Source: an uncultured Gammaproteobacteria bacterium
GTDB lineage: Bacteria; Patescibacteriota; Microgenomatia; Levybacterales; UBA12049
Reading direction: 5' to 3'
Assembly: GCA_964512695.1 (NCBI GenBank)
Contig: CAZEJU010000002.1
Coordinates: 76,233 to 140,232, forward strand
Length of the DNA: 64,000 nucleotides
A program made the position numbers and the translations under genes. Shown in pieces: positions 9,967 to 21,089 of this stretch (its first letter is position 1; each line of letters starts with the position of its first letter). The notes beneath the pieces were generated by a model. The model was not told the DNA's origin and searched no databases. It saw only the letters and a program-made list of their open reading frames with translations.

Positions 9967-10181
9967 AGCACTTCATAATTCTTGTTATAACGTTTTATCA
10001 ATATACTATCTCGCCTTTTATAAAACAAACGCTCGGGGTTAGGGGGATGTGTCGTTATAACCCCTCTTGTTCTGCATATGCGAAGAATTCTATTGAGAAA
10101 TATGGTATTATTAAAGGCAGCTATTTGGCATTACGAAGATTGTTACGTTGTCAGCCGTGGTTTACTGGAAACAACTCTTAG
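9963..10181 (+). CDS. yidD: Membrane protein insertion efficiency factor YidD
   Basis: 'MCRYNPSCSAYAKNSIEKYGIIKGSYLALRRLLRCQPW' is the characteristic YidD motif. Confidence 0.85.
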   Translation: MKHFIILVITFYQYTISPFIKQTLGVRGMCRYNPSCSAYAKNSIEKYGIIKGSYLALRRLLRCQPWFTGNNS

Positions 10182-10214
10182 TGTACTAGCTGCCATAAAA
10201 AATAGTAAATTTGT

Positions 10215-11021
10215 ATGTTTAATACATTAATTACACAACCGCTTACGAATATCCTTATCGCAATTTATCAACTACTAACACTCGTGGGGATTCCTTTTGC
10301 CTTGGGCTTTTCAATAATAGTCTTGACGATTCTCATTAGACTACTCCTTTTTCCTCTTATAGCTTCTCAAACTCGTGCCTCTAAGAAAATGCAACAAATT
10401 CAACCACACATTAACCAGCTCCGGGAAAAACACAAAAATGATCCCAAGAGACTTCAAACGGAAACAATGCAACTTTATAAAGAACATGGTGTGAACCCGG
10501 TGGCGGGTTGTCTTCCTATATTAATTCAACTGCCTATTCTTTGGGGATTATATGGTGTCTTAAATGAAACCGTTAAGCAGACCTCTTTCCAGGTAATAAA
10601 TAAAGCTCTTTATCTAGATTCATTAAAGCTGACTAAGCTGTGGGATACGAAGTTCTTTGGTATTCCTTTAGGGCAATCCCCTTCAGAACTATTCCCAAGT
10701 GTAGGTGTAGGTATCCTGATCGTTCCTGTTCTAACGGGTGTTCTTCAGTATTTCCAATCGAAAATGATGTTTAAACCCTCTCAAGAGCAGCCAAAAGAGA
10801 AAAAATCCACTGGTGAGGATTTTGCAGCAGCAATGCAAACACAATCACTGTATATATTCCCCGTTATGATTGGTTTCTTTGCTCATTCTTTCCCCATAGG
10901 TTTATCTCTCTACTGGAATACTTTCTCAATTTTTGGTATCATACAGCAATTAATGATGGATAAGGAAAGTGCGATACGTGTTCCTTCACCAACCTTATCT
11001 AAGACTAGTAAGAAAAAATAA
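10215..11021 (+). CDS. yidC: Membrane protein insertase YidC (short form)
   Basis: Multi-TM 268-aa protein in the conserved position, with a basic C-terminal tail. Confidence 0.8.
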   Translation: MFNTLITQPLTNILIAIYQLLTLVGIPFALGFSIIVLTILIRLLLFPLIASQTRASKKMQQIQPHINQLREKHKNDPKRLQTETMQLYKEHGVNPVAGCLPILIQLPILWGLYGVLNETVKQTSFQVINKALYLDSLKLTKLWDTKFFGIPLGQSPSELFPSVGVGILIVPVLTGVLQYFQSKMMFKPSQEQPKEKKSTGEDFAAAMQTQSLYIFPVMIGFFAHSFPIGLSLYWNTFSIFGIIQQLMMDKESAIRVPSPTLSKTSKKK

Positions 11022-11025
11022 CTAT

Positions 11026-11499
11026 ATGACAGAACCAATGCAAACAATTACAACAGAAGAGAAAGCAGTTGCCGAAGAAATAACAAAGGAGTTCTTTGCT
11101 AAGCTTGGTGTATCAGTAAATGCAACAGTAAGTATTGTGGATGACTCTTTTGACGTTGCTTTAGAAACCTCAGAAAGTGGTATCCTTATCGGTTACCATG
11201 GAGAAACCCTTGAAAGTCTTCAATTGCTCTTATCATTAGCTGTTAGTAAACGTCTCGGAAGATTTGTAAGGGTTATGATAGATGTGGGAGACTATAGAAA
11301 ACAAAGGACTGTATACCTCGAACAGCTTGCGCAACAAATGAAGGATTCTGTTCTAAGAGAACAACGAGAACGCGTTTTTACCTCTTTAAAATCTTGGGAG
11401 CGAAGAGTTATACACTTGTTATTACAGGATGATCCGCAGGTTATTACTGAATCTCGCGGAGAAGGTCGAGATAGAGTTCTCGTTCTTAAACCTCGTTAA
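11026..11499 (+). CDS. jag: Jag/KhpB R3H RNA-binding protein
   Basis: Follows yidC. It has KH/R3H-like motifs ('GYHGETLESLQ'). The start is trimmed to the ATG at 11026. Confidence 0.7.
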   Translation: MTEPMQTITTEEKAVAEEITKEFFAKLGVSVNATVSIVDDSFDVALETSESGILIGYHGETLESLQLLLSLAVSKRLGRFVRVMIDVGDYRKQRTVYLEQLAQQMKDSVLREQRERVFTSLKSWERRVIHLLLQDDPQVITESRGEGRDRVLVLKPR

Positions 11500-11579
11500 T
11501 TCTTCTCTTGTGCTTCGTGTAAGTATAATCGCTATTTCTTGTTAAACATATCCTTATCTGGTATTGTTTAGCAATCACC

Positions 11580-12974
11580 ATGCAAAGGTTTTACCCTACA
11601 AGTTTGCTCAGTCAATATAGATCAAAAATGTCAATCTCTTTTTTAGAAAGCGCGCTTTTCTTTCTCCTCGTTGTTTTTCTTCCCACACAGTTCGGAAAGC
11701 ATTTTTGGCCGAGTTTTTCGATAGTTGCGGGCTTGCGGATTGATTACCTCTCCCCCACCCTCTATTTTACAGATATTTTACTTGGGATTCTTTTTATAAT
11801 TTTCTTAATGAGACTTTTCTCTCAAAGAAGAATTCTTGAATTATTAAAATCATTATTAAAACAAAAAAAACAAAGCATTATCTACTCAACTATATGCATC
11901 TTTCTGCTCTTAAATATTTATTATTCTAGTAAGCCACAAGCAGGACTATATGGCCTCCTTCGCTTATTGGAATACTTGTTCTTTAGCTATGCAGTTGTAA
12001 GCATGGTAGTACGAAAAAAATCCTTAATACTTTATAAAGGTCTTGCAATTGCAGTCATCTTCCAATCGTTTCTTGCAATAGGACAGTTTTTACACCAGGG
12101 ATCATTAAACGGGTTATTTTATTATGTTGGGGAAAGAACTTTTACGAGCGGTACTCCAGGCATTGCCAATGCTTCTATCGACGGTGCGTTATTGCTAAGA
12201 CCTTATGGAACAATGCCTCATCCGAATGCCCTTGGAGGATTTTTCCTGGTTAGTCTTCTGTTACTTCTTAACGCATATGTACAGGAAAAGAGAAAGATTA
12301 TTATAATTGCGATTCTGGTTAGTTTTCCAGCCTTCTTCTTAACGCTTAGCAGAAGTGCTTTCCTTGCGGGGACAGTTGTCTCAGTAGTTATCCTTTATAA
12401 ACTTGGTAGTGAGAGAAAACTAACAAAAAGACTTCTCAGTAGAGTTAGTCTACTTTTTTGGTTACCTATCTCTCTGAGCTTTGTTTCCCTTCACCAGATA
12501 CTTTTTCCTAGGATTCTGGAGTTTACCTTTCATGGGGAGGATGTACAGCAAAGACTTTCTCTTACTCAAGCAGCATTTGCAATGATAAAAGACAATATAT
12601 TCGTGGGTGTTGGTTTAAAGAACTTTCTTATAGCACTTCCCTATTATCAGTCACAACTGTCAGGACAAATCTTTATACAGCCAGTACACAACATTTATTT
12701 GCTGATAGTTTCGGAGTTAGGGATGTTTTTAAGTATTTTTATACTTTTCCTTTTTCTCACGTTTCTTCAAAGACTAAAGAGAAATAGAGTTTCATCAATA
12801 AACATCGCATTAATTATAGCTGTATTAATAATAGGACTCTTAGATCACTACATCTTGACAACACAACAAGGAGGGTTATTGCTATCGCTAATTATGGGAT
12901 ACTTATATGGCAATAGTACTTTCACAAACCGTGGAGGGAAAAATAATCGAATAAAGACTGTCAGGACAACATAA
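11580..12974 (+). CDS. O-antigen ligase/polymerase-like polytopic membrane protein
   Basis: About 10-12 hydrophobic segments with a Wzy_C-like layout. This is a tentative family call. Confidence 0.4.
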   Translation: MQRFYPTSLLSQYRSKMSISFLESALFFLLVVFLPTQFGKHFWPSFSIVAGLRIDYLSPTLYFTDILLGILFIIFLMRLFSQRRILELLKSLLKQKKQSIIYSTICIFLLLNIYYSSKPQAGLYGLLRLLEYLFFSYAVVSMVVRKKSLILYKGLAIAVIFQSFLAIGQFLHQGSLNGLFYYVGERTFTSGTPGIANASIDGALLLRPYGTMPHPNALGGFFLVSLLLLLNAYVQEKRKIIIIAILVSFPAFFLTLSRSAFLAGTVVSVVILYKLGSERKLTKRLLSRVSLLFWLPISLSFVSLHQILFPRILEFTFHGEDVQQRLSLTQAAFAMIKDNIFVGVGLKNFLIALPYYQSQLSGQIFIQPVHNIYLLIVSELGMFLSIFILFLFLTFLQRLKRNRVSSINIALIIAVLIIGLLDHYILTTQQGGLLLSLIMGYLYGNSTFTNRGGKNNRIKTVRTT

Positions 12975-13159
12975 AATAGATATTTATCTATTTTCACGAG
13001 AGTCAACAGAGATAATTTTGTTTTTAATCAGATTATCTTGTTATCTTAATAAAAACAGCAGTTATTTTTAAAACATTCGAATAAAAAAGGCGAATAATGT
13101 TATGGGATAGCCTTCTTTTCTAATAAATTTCTCCCGTCGGTTTTCGAAATATAGAAAAT

Positions 13160-15823
13160 ATGGTATGCTTACATACAGTTCTGCCTATGCAAACCGAGCC
13201 TTCTATAAATCCAGTTTTATTATACGACCCAAGCGGTCTATACGGAAATATTATTGCTGAGAATCTTCCATCATTAACAACAAGAGTTCTTGTAAGTCCA
13301 AAACCAAGTATTAAGAGCCCGAATCTTTTTTACATCCCACTTAAAAGAAATATACCGACATTACCTGCTTGTATTTACTCAAACCATTTTATTTTTTATG
13401 ATAAACAGAGTAATATACTTCCCCTCTTACCTTTTTTTCTGCAAAAAAAGAGACAGGATAATGCCAGAATTTACCTTTTTATTCCAATCAGAGAAATTTC
13501 AATTCAACTATTAGAAACAATAAGAAATCTTTCCTCAGAAGTCATAGTTGTTGGTATTGGTGATTTCTTTGGGACACTTTCCAATTGGGAGAATCCACTT
13601 ACTGAACTTATTGAACAGGCGAGTCATGGAACTTTGCACCTGACTTCCAGCGGACTTTCTAAACTCTATCCAGTATATGACCGGGATGCAATATCAGTCT
13701 TTACGGACTTAGCTTTTGGACGGTTATCCCTACAACCTCCTACGATTCACGTTATATCCCAACAGCCAGTCACAACTCTTTCTCTTGCAAGGCAGTTACA
13801 CAAGAAAGAGCCTCTTATTGCTATTCGCTTATCTTCCACACACTCTTCTATAAAAGATGCTGTAAATCTACCCTTCTCTTTTCTTTGTAAATCGTTTAAC
13901 TATGGAGAAAAGCTTCCTCATATTGTTCTCTCCATAGAATCATCGAAAAAACAGAAAAAAGAGAAAGCACAAGTAAACAAGCCTTATAACTATCTTTATG
14001 CGGTGATGGCTTCTGTGTGTGTGGGGTTCTTTATCACTCTTATTGTGCCTTTGGTAAGTGCATTAGTAGGAGCAGAATATCTTACACGCGCATATCATAA
14101 TGTTGAGAAAGGGGATTTCCAAAAAGCGTATACTTCTGCTTCTACTGCGAAAACACTCTTTTCTTTTGCTGGTAAGACAATGGCAAGTATAGAGATGTTT
14201 GAAAACTTGGGATTTCAAAAAGGACTAGTCATATTTAAAAAAAGTGTAGTCACAGGGAAAGAAGTTTCGGAATCTTTTTTGGTAGGAATTGATGGCATAC
14301 AGCTGTTACGAAACGTTTTTTCAAAGAAAAGCATTGAACCTCGTCAAGATTTTTTAACAGGATTGCGTTATGTCCGAGAATCCATGACTCAATTAACCTC
14401 ATTACAAGCTGAAGATAAAATTCCAGAAAAGTACAAAAGTAAGTTTGCTGCTTTACAAATAACACAAGACCTTTTTACCGGAACTTTTGATGTATTACCG
14501 GAGGTTCTGGGTATGCAAGAAAAGAAAACGTATTTATTATTATTTCAAAATAATATGGAGCTTCGTCCAGGCGGAGGGTTTGTAGGTTCTTATGGTATTT
14601 TAGAGCTTGATCAAGCTAAGATTACGAACTTTACAATACATGATGTATATGACGCAGATGGACAACTGAAAGAACATATAGAACCACCTTTTCAGCTTAA
14701 GAAATATATGGGAGCAAATCATTGGTTTTTACGAGATAGCAACTTTGATGTTGATTTCCCTAAGAGTGCAGCAGCAGCAGCGCTTTTCTTGAAGTTAGAA
14801 ACAGGAGAGGTTGTAGATGGGGTTATTGCAATAGATACGTTATTTATTAAAAATCTTCTTTCCGAGATAGGTCCACTATATATTCAAGAATACAAGGAAA
14901 CAGTAACAGCTGACAATTTCTTTTTATTAACACAAAAGTATGTTCAGGAAGAATTTTTCCCTGGATCTACTCAGAAGAAAGATTTTCTCCAGGCAGTATA
15001 TACTACCCTTTCACTAAAGCTATTGGATTCTGACAGAACCCCCTATATAGAAATTGCTGATGCAATCGTTAAAAGTGTTGCTCAGAAAAATATTCTTTTC
15101 GCATTTCCGGATAAAGATATCCAAAAGGTTTTTACCTGGAATAATTTATCATCAACTCTTATAGATACTCGAGAAAAAGAAGATGGATATATTTATGATT
15201 TTTTTGGAATTAATGAAGCGAATATAGGAGCGAATAAAGTAAACTATTATCTTGATAGGGCGATTAATCACAGTGTGGCATTAATGGAGTCAGGTGTCGC
15301 TTCAGAGAACGTGGTAATTGAATACTATAATAAAAGTACAGCAGCTGATGCGTTCGGGGGAGATTATAAAACGTATGTCCGCTTTATTCTTCCGTTAGCA
15401 GCAGATTTACAGGCTGTTACAATTGATGGCATACAACAGTCTCTTCTACCAGCCGTTACAGATGTATCATTAATTCCCGACGACCTCGTAATTCTCCCGA
15501 ACGAGGTAGAGGTAGAGAAGTCAGAGCAAGAAGGGAAAAAGATATATGGTTTTTATACTACCGTACCGATGGGAGCTAAGAAAACCATAAAGATTTCGTA
15601 TGACTTCCCTGTAAATATAGGACAGGCTAGCAATACGTATTCTCTTCAGGTTTTTAAACAACCGGGCACGAACGCAGATCCTTATGTTTTTTCTTTACAA
15701 ACTCCAGAGAACTATGACATTCGTTCGGATAACCCCCGAGTTAACATTCAGAATAAAAAAGCAACATATTTTTCAGATTTATCGGAAGACAGAGAGATAA
15801 ACGTAATGATAGTGAAGAAATGA
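13160..15823 (+). CDS. Large hypothetical protein with a DUF4012-like core and a central TM
   Basis: Motif 'LLFQNNMELRPGGGFVGSYGILEL' is recalled as the DUF4012 signature. TM 'YAVMASVCVGFFITLIVPLV'. Confidence 0.35.
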   Translation: MVCLHTVLPMQTEPSINPVLLYDPSGLYGNIIAENLPSLTTRVLVSPKPSIKSPNLFYIPLKRNIPTLPACIYSNHFIFYDKQSNILPLLPFFLQKKRQDNARIYLFIPIREISIQLLETIRNLSSEVIVVGIGDFFGTLSNWENPLTELIEQASHGTLHLTSSGLSKLYPVYDRDAISVFTDLAFGRLSLQPPTIHVISQQPVTTLSLARQLHKKEPLIAIRLSSTHSSIKDAVNLPFSFLCKSFNYGEKLPHIVLSIESSKKQKKEKAQVNKPYNYLYAVMASVCVGFFITLIVPLVSALVGAEYLTRAYHNVEKGDFQKAYTSASTAKTLFSFAGKTMASIEMFENLGFQKGLVIFKKSVVTGKEVSESFLVGIDGIQLLRNVFSKKSIEPRQDFLTGLRYVRESMTQLTSLQAEDKIPEKYKSKFAALQITQDLFTGTFDVLPEVLGMQEKKTYLLLFQNNMELRPGGGFVGSYGILELDQAKITNFTIHDVYDADGQLKEHIEPPFQLKKYMGANHWFLRDSNFDVDFPKSAAAAALFLKLETGEVVDGVIAIDTLFIKNLLSEIGPLYIQEYKETVTADNFFLLTQKYVQEEFFPGSTQKKDFLQAVYTTLSLKLLDSDRTPYIEIADAIVKSVAQKNILFAFPDKDIQKVFTWNNLSSTLIDTREKEDGYIYDFFGINEANIGANKVNYYLDRAINHSVALMESGVASENVVIEYYNKSTAADAFGGDYKTYVRFILPLAADLQAVTIDGIQQSLLPAVTDVSLIPDDLVILPNEVEVEKSEQEGKKIYGFYTTVPMGAKKTIKISYDFPVNIGQASNTYSLQVFKQPGTNADPYVFSLQTPENYDIRSDNPRVNIQNKKATYFSDLSEDREINVMIVKK

Positions 15824-15868
15824 AGCATAAGGGCTGGAACATATCTGCAGAAAACTTATTATGTATTA

Positions 15869-16723
15869 TTAATGGAATATAAGCTCAGAAACGATGTGGT
15901 AAACTTCATAGAATCCCCATCCGGCAATAAGAACGAAGGCTAGCCCTCCTATTATTAATACCCATGGATTTTGTACTGCCAGAACAGTTTTCTTAGGAGA
16001 GATAAAAAGCGCTACATTTAGTATCATATGCCCTAAGAATACTCCGATAGCAAAGCCATAAACATTAATAATGTCAAAAAGCGGAATATAGCCAGCGAAG
16101 TCATCAAGTCCGAGAATAAACGGAATAGATGATGAAAAGATGATGAGACTTTTCCAGGGTAAAGATTTCATATTTGTTAAACTCGCACTGGGTGAAATAA
16201 AGCGAATAAGAGGGGCAAGTGTTTTATTTGAGACATGGAGAACTTTTTTGATAGTTTGTAGTTGCTGTAGTAAAAAATGTGGTATTGCTTTTTCTTTATG
16301 TGTCAATTCCTCAAAGCTTTCCTCAGCCATTTTTAATAAAACAAGAGAAGCTAGAAAAATCATAATGGCCATAAGCAAAGGAACCTCTCTGAAAAAATTC
16401 CAAATAACGAGAATTACCAAAGTTCCGAGAGCATTTCCCCCAGCAGTGCCGAGTTCTATGGCAACTCTGTTTTTCCATCCCGGATTACTTCGCATGAGAT
16501 TGCCTATAAAGATAGCGAAGTCCACAGATGTTTTTAGGTAAATAGTTAACCCAACGAGAATATCTCTTTTCCGAATCTCAAGAACTATTTTTTCTCGGGA
16601 AGGTAAAAGATTTAATCCCACTATAGTAAGATAGAGAAGGGCACAAAACCCGAAAAATGTTATAACTGTCAACACTATGGGTAATACTTGTTCGCGGAAA
16701 AAGCGGCTACTCGTGTTAGTCAT
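15869..16723 (-). CDS. Polytopic membrane protein, unknown family
   Basis: Multiple hydrophobic helices. Confidence 0.4.
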   Translation of the reverse strand: MTNTSSRFFREQVLPIVLTVITFFGFCALLYLTIVGLNLLPSREKIVLEIRKRDILVGLTIYLKTSVDFAIFIGNLMRSNPGWKNRVAIELGTAGGNALGTLVILVIWNFFREVPLLMAIMIFLASLVLLKMAEESFEELTHKEKAIPHFLLQQLQTIKKVLHVSNKTLAPLIRFISPSASLTNMKSLPWKSLIIFSSSIPFILGLDDFAGYIPLFDIINVYGFAIGVFLGHMILNVALFISPKKTVLAVQNPWVLIIGGLAFVLIAGWGFYEVYHIVSELIFH

Positions 16724-17420
16724 TCAAGTGGTCCTTCTTTAGAGTTTTCTGAATATCTTTATAGGTTGCTTGTTCTAATTGCTTTTTAGACATTTTTGGA
16801 GCTCTCTTATGATTTATATATTCTATAATCATTGGAAGTATAGATACCAACACGATTAATATAACTGCATATTCGAAGTTGTTCTTTACTATTGGTAAGC
16901 CTCCAAGGAAGAACCCGAGAACAGTAAGACTTGTTACCCAAATAAATGCTCCAGTAACATTATAGAAGAGAAACGTATTATAGTGCATTTTTCCTACTCC
17001 TGCGACGAACGGAGCAAATGTTCGAACAATTGGTACGAAGCGAGCAAGAATTATCGTCTTTCCCCCATGTTTCTCATAAAACTCACGGGTTTTCTCTAAA
17101 TATTCCTTTTTAAAAACCCGAGAGTTTTCTTTCGCAAAAACCCGTGGACCGATATGATGTCCGACCCAGTAATTAACAGTATCACCGAGAATTGCTGCCA
17201 GCATAAGCGTAATATAAACCATCCAAAAATTCAGTAATCCGCTTCCTGCGAGTGTCCCTGCGACGAATAAGAGGGAGTCTCCAGGTAAAAAAGGAGTAAC
17301 GACGAAACCTGTTTCAGCAAACACTATTAAAAATAAAATAAGGTAAGTAAGCGGACCGAACATCGCAATTATATTTTTCAAATGTTCATCAAAATGCAAG
17401 ATAAGGTCGAATAGATCCAT
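16716..17420 (-). CDS. DedA/VTT-family membrane protein
   Basis: 'PFLPGDSLLFVAG' and 'ARFVPIVRTFAPFVAG' are typical DedA motifs. Confidence 0.65.
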   Translation of the reverse strand: MDLFDLILHFDEHLKNIIAMFGPLTYLILFLIVFAETGFVVTPFLPGDSLLFVAGTLAGSGLLNFWMVYITLMLAAILGDTVNYWVGHHIGPRVFAKENSRVFKKEYLEKTREFYEKHGGKTIILARFVPIVRTFAPFVAGVGKMHYNTFLFYNVTGAFIWVTSLTVLGFFLGGLPIVKNNFEYAVILIVLVSILPMIIEYINHKRAPKMSKKQLEQATYKDIQKTLKKDHLND

Positions 17421-17486
17421 AATATGTGTATTATATTGAATTATTTAGTTTACGTCTATCTGCATTATTATTGTATAATATAAAAC

Positions 17487-18047
17487 ATGAATTATAGACA
17501 GTTATTAGGATACATAAACATTGTCGCAGAAGCACATCAGGAGAAAGAAAATAAGCATGGCAAAGTTTTAAGAAAACTACCGAGTGGAGAAGAAAACCCC
17601 TATTTTCTCCATCCTTTGTGGTGTTCAATTATGATTTTATCTGAACCTAATTTGCAAAAAGATATAAGAGAAAATGGTGCAATCGCATTACTCTTCCATG
17701 ATATTCTAGAAGATACAACTATAGATCTACCTCCGGAAATTCCGGAAATAGTAAAAAAACTCATACTGGATATGACAGTTCCTAAACTTCCTGAGTATAA
17801 TTATAGTAGTTGGGCTTTGGAGAAGCATACAATCTTATATAAACCGGTTGAGCTACAGCTATTAAAACTCTACGATAAAACTGCTTCGTTATATGATTTA
17901 GTTTTGGATAAGAATCGATACAAAGAATGGATGGATATTATTGAGAAACTTGCTGAAAATGTTGAAGAGCATTATGGGAGATTGAATATCGTAGTCCTTG
18001 CCAAGTCTCTTGTAGAAAACCGAAGAAAAAGTTTGGGTATTATTTAA
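17487..18047 (+). CDS. HD-domain phosphohydrolase
   Basis: 'FLHPLW' His followed by the 'LLFHDILEDT' HD motif. Confidence 0.5.
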   Translation: MNYRQLLGYINIVAEAHQEKENKHGKVLRKLPSGEENPYFLHPLWCSIMILSEPNLQKDIRENGAIALLFHDILEDTTIDLPPEIPEIVKKLILDMTVPKLPEYNYSSWALEKHTILYKPVELQLLKLYDKTASLYDLVLDKNRYKEWMDIIEKLAENVEEHYGRLNIVVLAKSLVENRRKSLGII

Positions 18048-18201
18048 AAGCTATGAAAACCCGATAATGGTCTGATGCTTCATTTGCAGCTTTTGACTTA
18101 AGTACATTATATTTCTTTGCATATATGGCGAGAGTTTCTGATACGAATATATAATCGAGGCGTAAAGGAGCTTCATTCACTGCATCCACATTAGCTATAT
18201 C

Positions 18202-19170
18202 TTAAGCCCTTGGTAACATGCGAGCAGCTTGTTGTACTTCTGTTGCATCAGGAAGAATACCGCCTATATGAATATGGGTCGCTTTATATACCGCATTCAT
18301 TGTCGACGCATCAATCCCCCCTTCTAGTTGTGCTTCAGCTGCCAAAATGCGAAGTTTATCAACATCCCACGGTGTTGGCTCAGTAAGTACTCTTTCTCGT
18401 TCGCTCGGTGGTAGATCTATCCTTCGGAAAGCATCAGGTCCTAGGTGATATCCAATCATCATTTTAACTTCGTCCGCAGGAATTTTTCTTCCAGCAACAC
18501 CTCGAATTACTTGTGGATATAAGACTTCTACCTGTGCGTCTCCATAATACCGTTCATAAATGAAAGTAGCAAACTGTTCTGGTGGTTCTGGTGATTCCGT
18601 AATTCGTACGCCTGTCGTATCGTCTTCATAGCGAGGAGGCATATGATCTATATACCATAGTCTTCTTCCGCTATCCTTTGCAAAATTCCCTAATGCAGGA
18701 TCAAGCGAAACTCTTCTACCAGGTCGTCCGTTTTCTCTAACTCGGCGGAACATTTCTAAATAACCTCGAAGATCATCTTTAACGACATCATCAGGATAAC
18801 TTGGATCAGAAAAAAGTTTTCGCAAATCTACCCCTGCAGGCTTAACGGCTTCAGAAAGCATTACTTTTCCTTCGTGTCCGTTTGGTTGAATAATGTGGCC
18901 AATAGTCGGTGCAACTGGGACGCCAAGTTCTGTAGCAATTCTGTCAAATGTGCGCATATGCAATGCTAGCTCATATGCTTGTCGCTGGGATAGCCCATCT
19001 TCTGCCTTTCTGCCAGCGCTCTTGATAAAAACCTGTTCGCTACTTCCGTTTTTTCCTATCTGGCCACGCAGTAGATCTGTGTGAAATCCGGTGTTATCTG
19101 TAACAACACTTAGGCCAGTGAAAGCAGCATGCATATTAATAATTTGTTCAGCATCCATTAGTTTTGCCAT
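18202..19170 (-). CDS. Hypothetical protein, 322 aa, with locally higher GC
   Basis: Long intact ORF with no recognisable motif. Confidence 0.4.
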   Translation of the reverse strand: MAKLMDAEQIINMHAAFTGLSVVTDNTGFHTDLLRGQIGKNGSSEQVFIKSAGRKAEDGLSQRQAYELALHMRTFDRIATELGVPVAPTIGHIIQPNGHEGKVMLSEAVKPAGVDLRKLFSDPSYPDDVVKDDLRGYLEMFRRVRENGRPGRRVSLDPALGNFAKDSGRRLWYIDHMPPRYEDDTTGVRITESPEPPEQFATFIYERYYGDAQVEVLYPQVIRGVAGRKIPADEVKMMIGYHLGPDAFRRIDLPPSERERVLTEPTPWDVDKLRILAAEAQLEGGIDASTMNAVYKATHIHIGGILPDATEVQQAARMLPRA

Positions 19171-19406
19171 ATAGCTTGAATAGTAAACGAATTATCTCAC
19201 GGCTAAATGAGTACACTCTTGACGAGTTTGAAACTTTTTCTTGACATATACCTGACAAATATGACAAAACGAGGCTAGTAAAACTTAACTATTAAGAGGA
19301 ATGTAAGAAGTTTTACCCATATGGAAAATCCACTCTATATAAACGTTAATTTATAGAGTGTCCTTTGAATGCCCAAAGTTACACTTGCTGTTTCTAATCA
19401 ATAAGT

Positions 19407-19415
19407 TGCTATAAT
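19407..19415 (+). promoter_or_regulatory. Extended -10 promoter element (TGcTATAAT) for pgi; the transcript is likely leaderless
   Basis: TATAAT at 19410-19415 is preceded by TGc. The ATG is at 19422. A TTGCTG-like -35 lies at 19385-19390. Confidence 0.35.
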
Positions 19416-19421
19416 ACTTCC

Positions 19422-21038
19422 ATGATTGATTTAATTTTATCTTTAGAATGGCAGGCATTGCAGAAACATTATGAAGAAATAAAAAATTCTCATTTGCGAG
19501 AGGTATTTTCTCAGGATGAAAAACGAGGAGAAACGTTTATCCTACAAGTAGGAGATTGGTATCTGGATTACTCAAAAAATAGAGTTACGAATAAAACGCT
19601 GCAATTGTTACTTCAACTAGCTAACTCAGTTAATCTTAGGCAAGCCATAGATGCTATGTTTTCTGGACAAGCTATTAATACTACTGAAAATCGTCCGGTT
19701 TTACATGTCGCACTTCGAAATCGTTCAAATACTTCCATTATTGTTAATGGTACTGATGTGATGCCAGAGGTAAATAGAGTGCTTGAACAAATGCGAACAT
19801 TTGCACTTAAAGTTCGTTCAGGTGAGTGGAAAGGATATACGGAAAAGAGAATTAAAAATATAGTAAATATCGGTATCGGTGGATCTGACTTAGGACCAGT
19901 AATGGCTTATGAAGCCTTAAAAGCATATAGTGATCGGTCGTTAACTATCAGATTTATTTCTAATATAGACGCAACACATTTTTATGAATCTACCCGGGAT
20001 TTAGCTCCCGAAGAAACTCTCTTTATTATCGCTTCTAAAACATTTACGACAGAAGAAACCATGACAAATGCAGAAACTGCGAGGAAATGGCTTGTAGATG
20101 CACTAGGCAGTCAAGAAGCAGTATCTAGACACTTTATCGCCTTATCTACAAATATGGAGAAAGTAAAGGCTTTTGGGATAGATCCAGAAAACATGTTTGT
20201 TTTTTGGGATTGGGTGGGTGGCAGATATTCTCTCTGTAGCGCGATCGGTTTACCAGTAATGATTGCGATTGGTCCGGAGAATTTTGACAAGATGCTTGAC
20301 GGGTTTCATTCGATGGATCATCATTTCAGAACTGCTTCTTTTGAAAAAAACATGCCAGTTATTCTTGGATTGCTTGGAATATGGTATAACAACTTCTTTG
20401 GAGCGGAAACATATGCGCTGTTACCCTATGATCAGTATCTGCACCGATTCCCGGCTTACTTTCAGCAAGGAGATATGGAGAGTAACGGTAAATCAGTACG
20501 AAAAGACGGGAAGCGAGTGGAATGTCAGACAGGTCCAGTTATCTGGGGAGAACCAGGAACAAACGGTCAGCACGCTTTTTACCAGTTAGTCCATCAAGGT
20601 ACGAAACTTATTCCAGCAGATTTCATTGGGTTTAAAGAACCATCACACCAAATTGGAGATCATCATCAGAAGCTCATGGCGAATTTTCTCGCACAGACAG
20701 AAGCATTAGCTTTTGGGAAAACTGCAGATGAACTTAGGGCAGAAGGTGTAGGGGAAAGTCTTATCTCTCATAAAACATTTGAAGGAAATAGGCCAACGAA
20801 TACGTTGTTAGCTACTAAGCTTACCCCTCACACGTTAGGACAGTTAATAGCATTATATGAACATAAAATTTTCGTTCAGGGAGTTATCTGGGGAATTAAT
20901 TCTTTTGATCAGTGGGGAGTGGAGTTGGGGAAAGTATTAGCAAAAAAAATATTACCAGAGTTAAAAGATGAGAAAACAGAGCTGCACCATGATTCTTCTA
21001 CAAACAACCTCATTAAAAAATGTCGAGAGCTTCAATAA
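19422..21038 (+). CDS. pgi: Glucose-6-phosphate isomerase
   Basis: '[18 protein letters not shown]' and '[14 protein letters not shown]' are PGI signatures. Confidence 0.9.
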   Translation: MIDLILSLEWQALQKHYEEIKNSHLREVFSQDEKRGETFILQVGDWYLDYSKNRVTNKTLQLLLQLANSVNLRQAIDAMFSGQAINTTENRPVLHVALRNRSNTSIIVNGTDVMPEVNRVLEQMRTFALKVRSGEWKGYTEKRIKNIVNIGIGGSDLGPVMAYEALKAYSDRSLTIRFISNIDATHFYESTRDLAPEETLFIIASKTFTTEETMTNAETARKWLVDALGSQEAVSRHFIALSTNMEKVKAFGIDPENMFVFWDWVGGRYSLCSAIGLPVMIAIGPENFDKMLDGFHSMDHHFRTASFEKNMPVILGLLGIWYNNFFGAETYALLPYDQYLHRFPAYFQQGDMESNGKSVRKDGKRVECQTGPVIWGEPGTNGQHAFYQLVHQGTKLIPADFIGFKEPSHQIGDHHQKLMANFLAQTEALAFGKTADELRAEGVGESLISHKTFEGNRPTNTLLATKLTPHTLGQLIALYEHKIFVQGVIWGINSFDQWGVELGKVLAKKILPELKDEKTELHHDSSTNNLIKKCRELQ

Positions 21039-21089
21039 GATATTAATTTTATTAACTGAAAACTGTTGGAATCTTTTTCAGTATATGTC

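Noticed and set aside
12978-12995. Perfect 8-bp inverted repeat AATAGATAttTATCTATT just after the stop of the 11580 gene
   Set aside because: It could be an operator or terminator, but the stem is short and AT-only with no U-tract or second copy. Evidence is insufficient.
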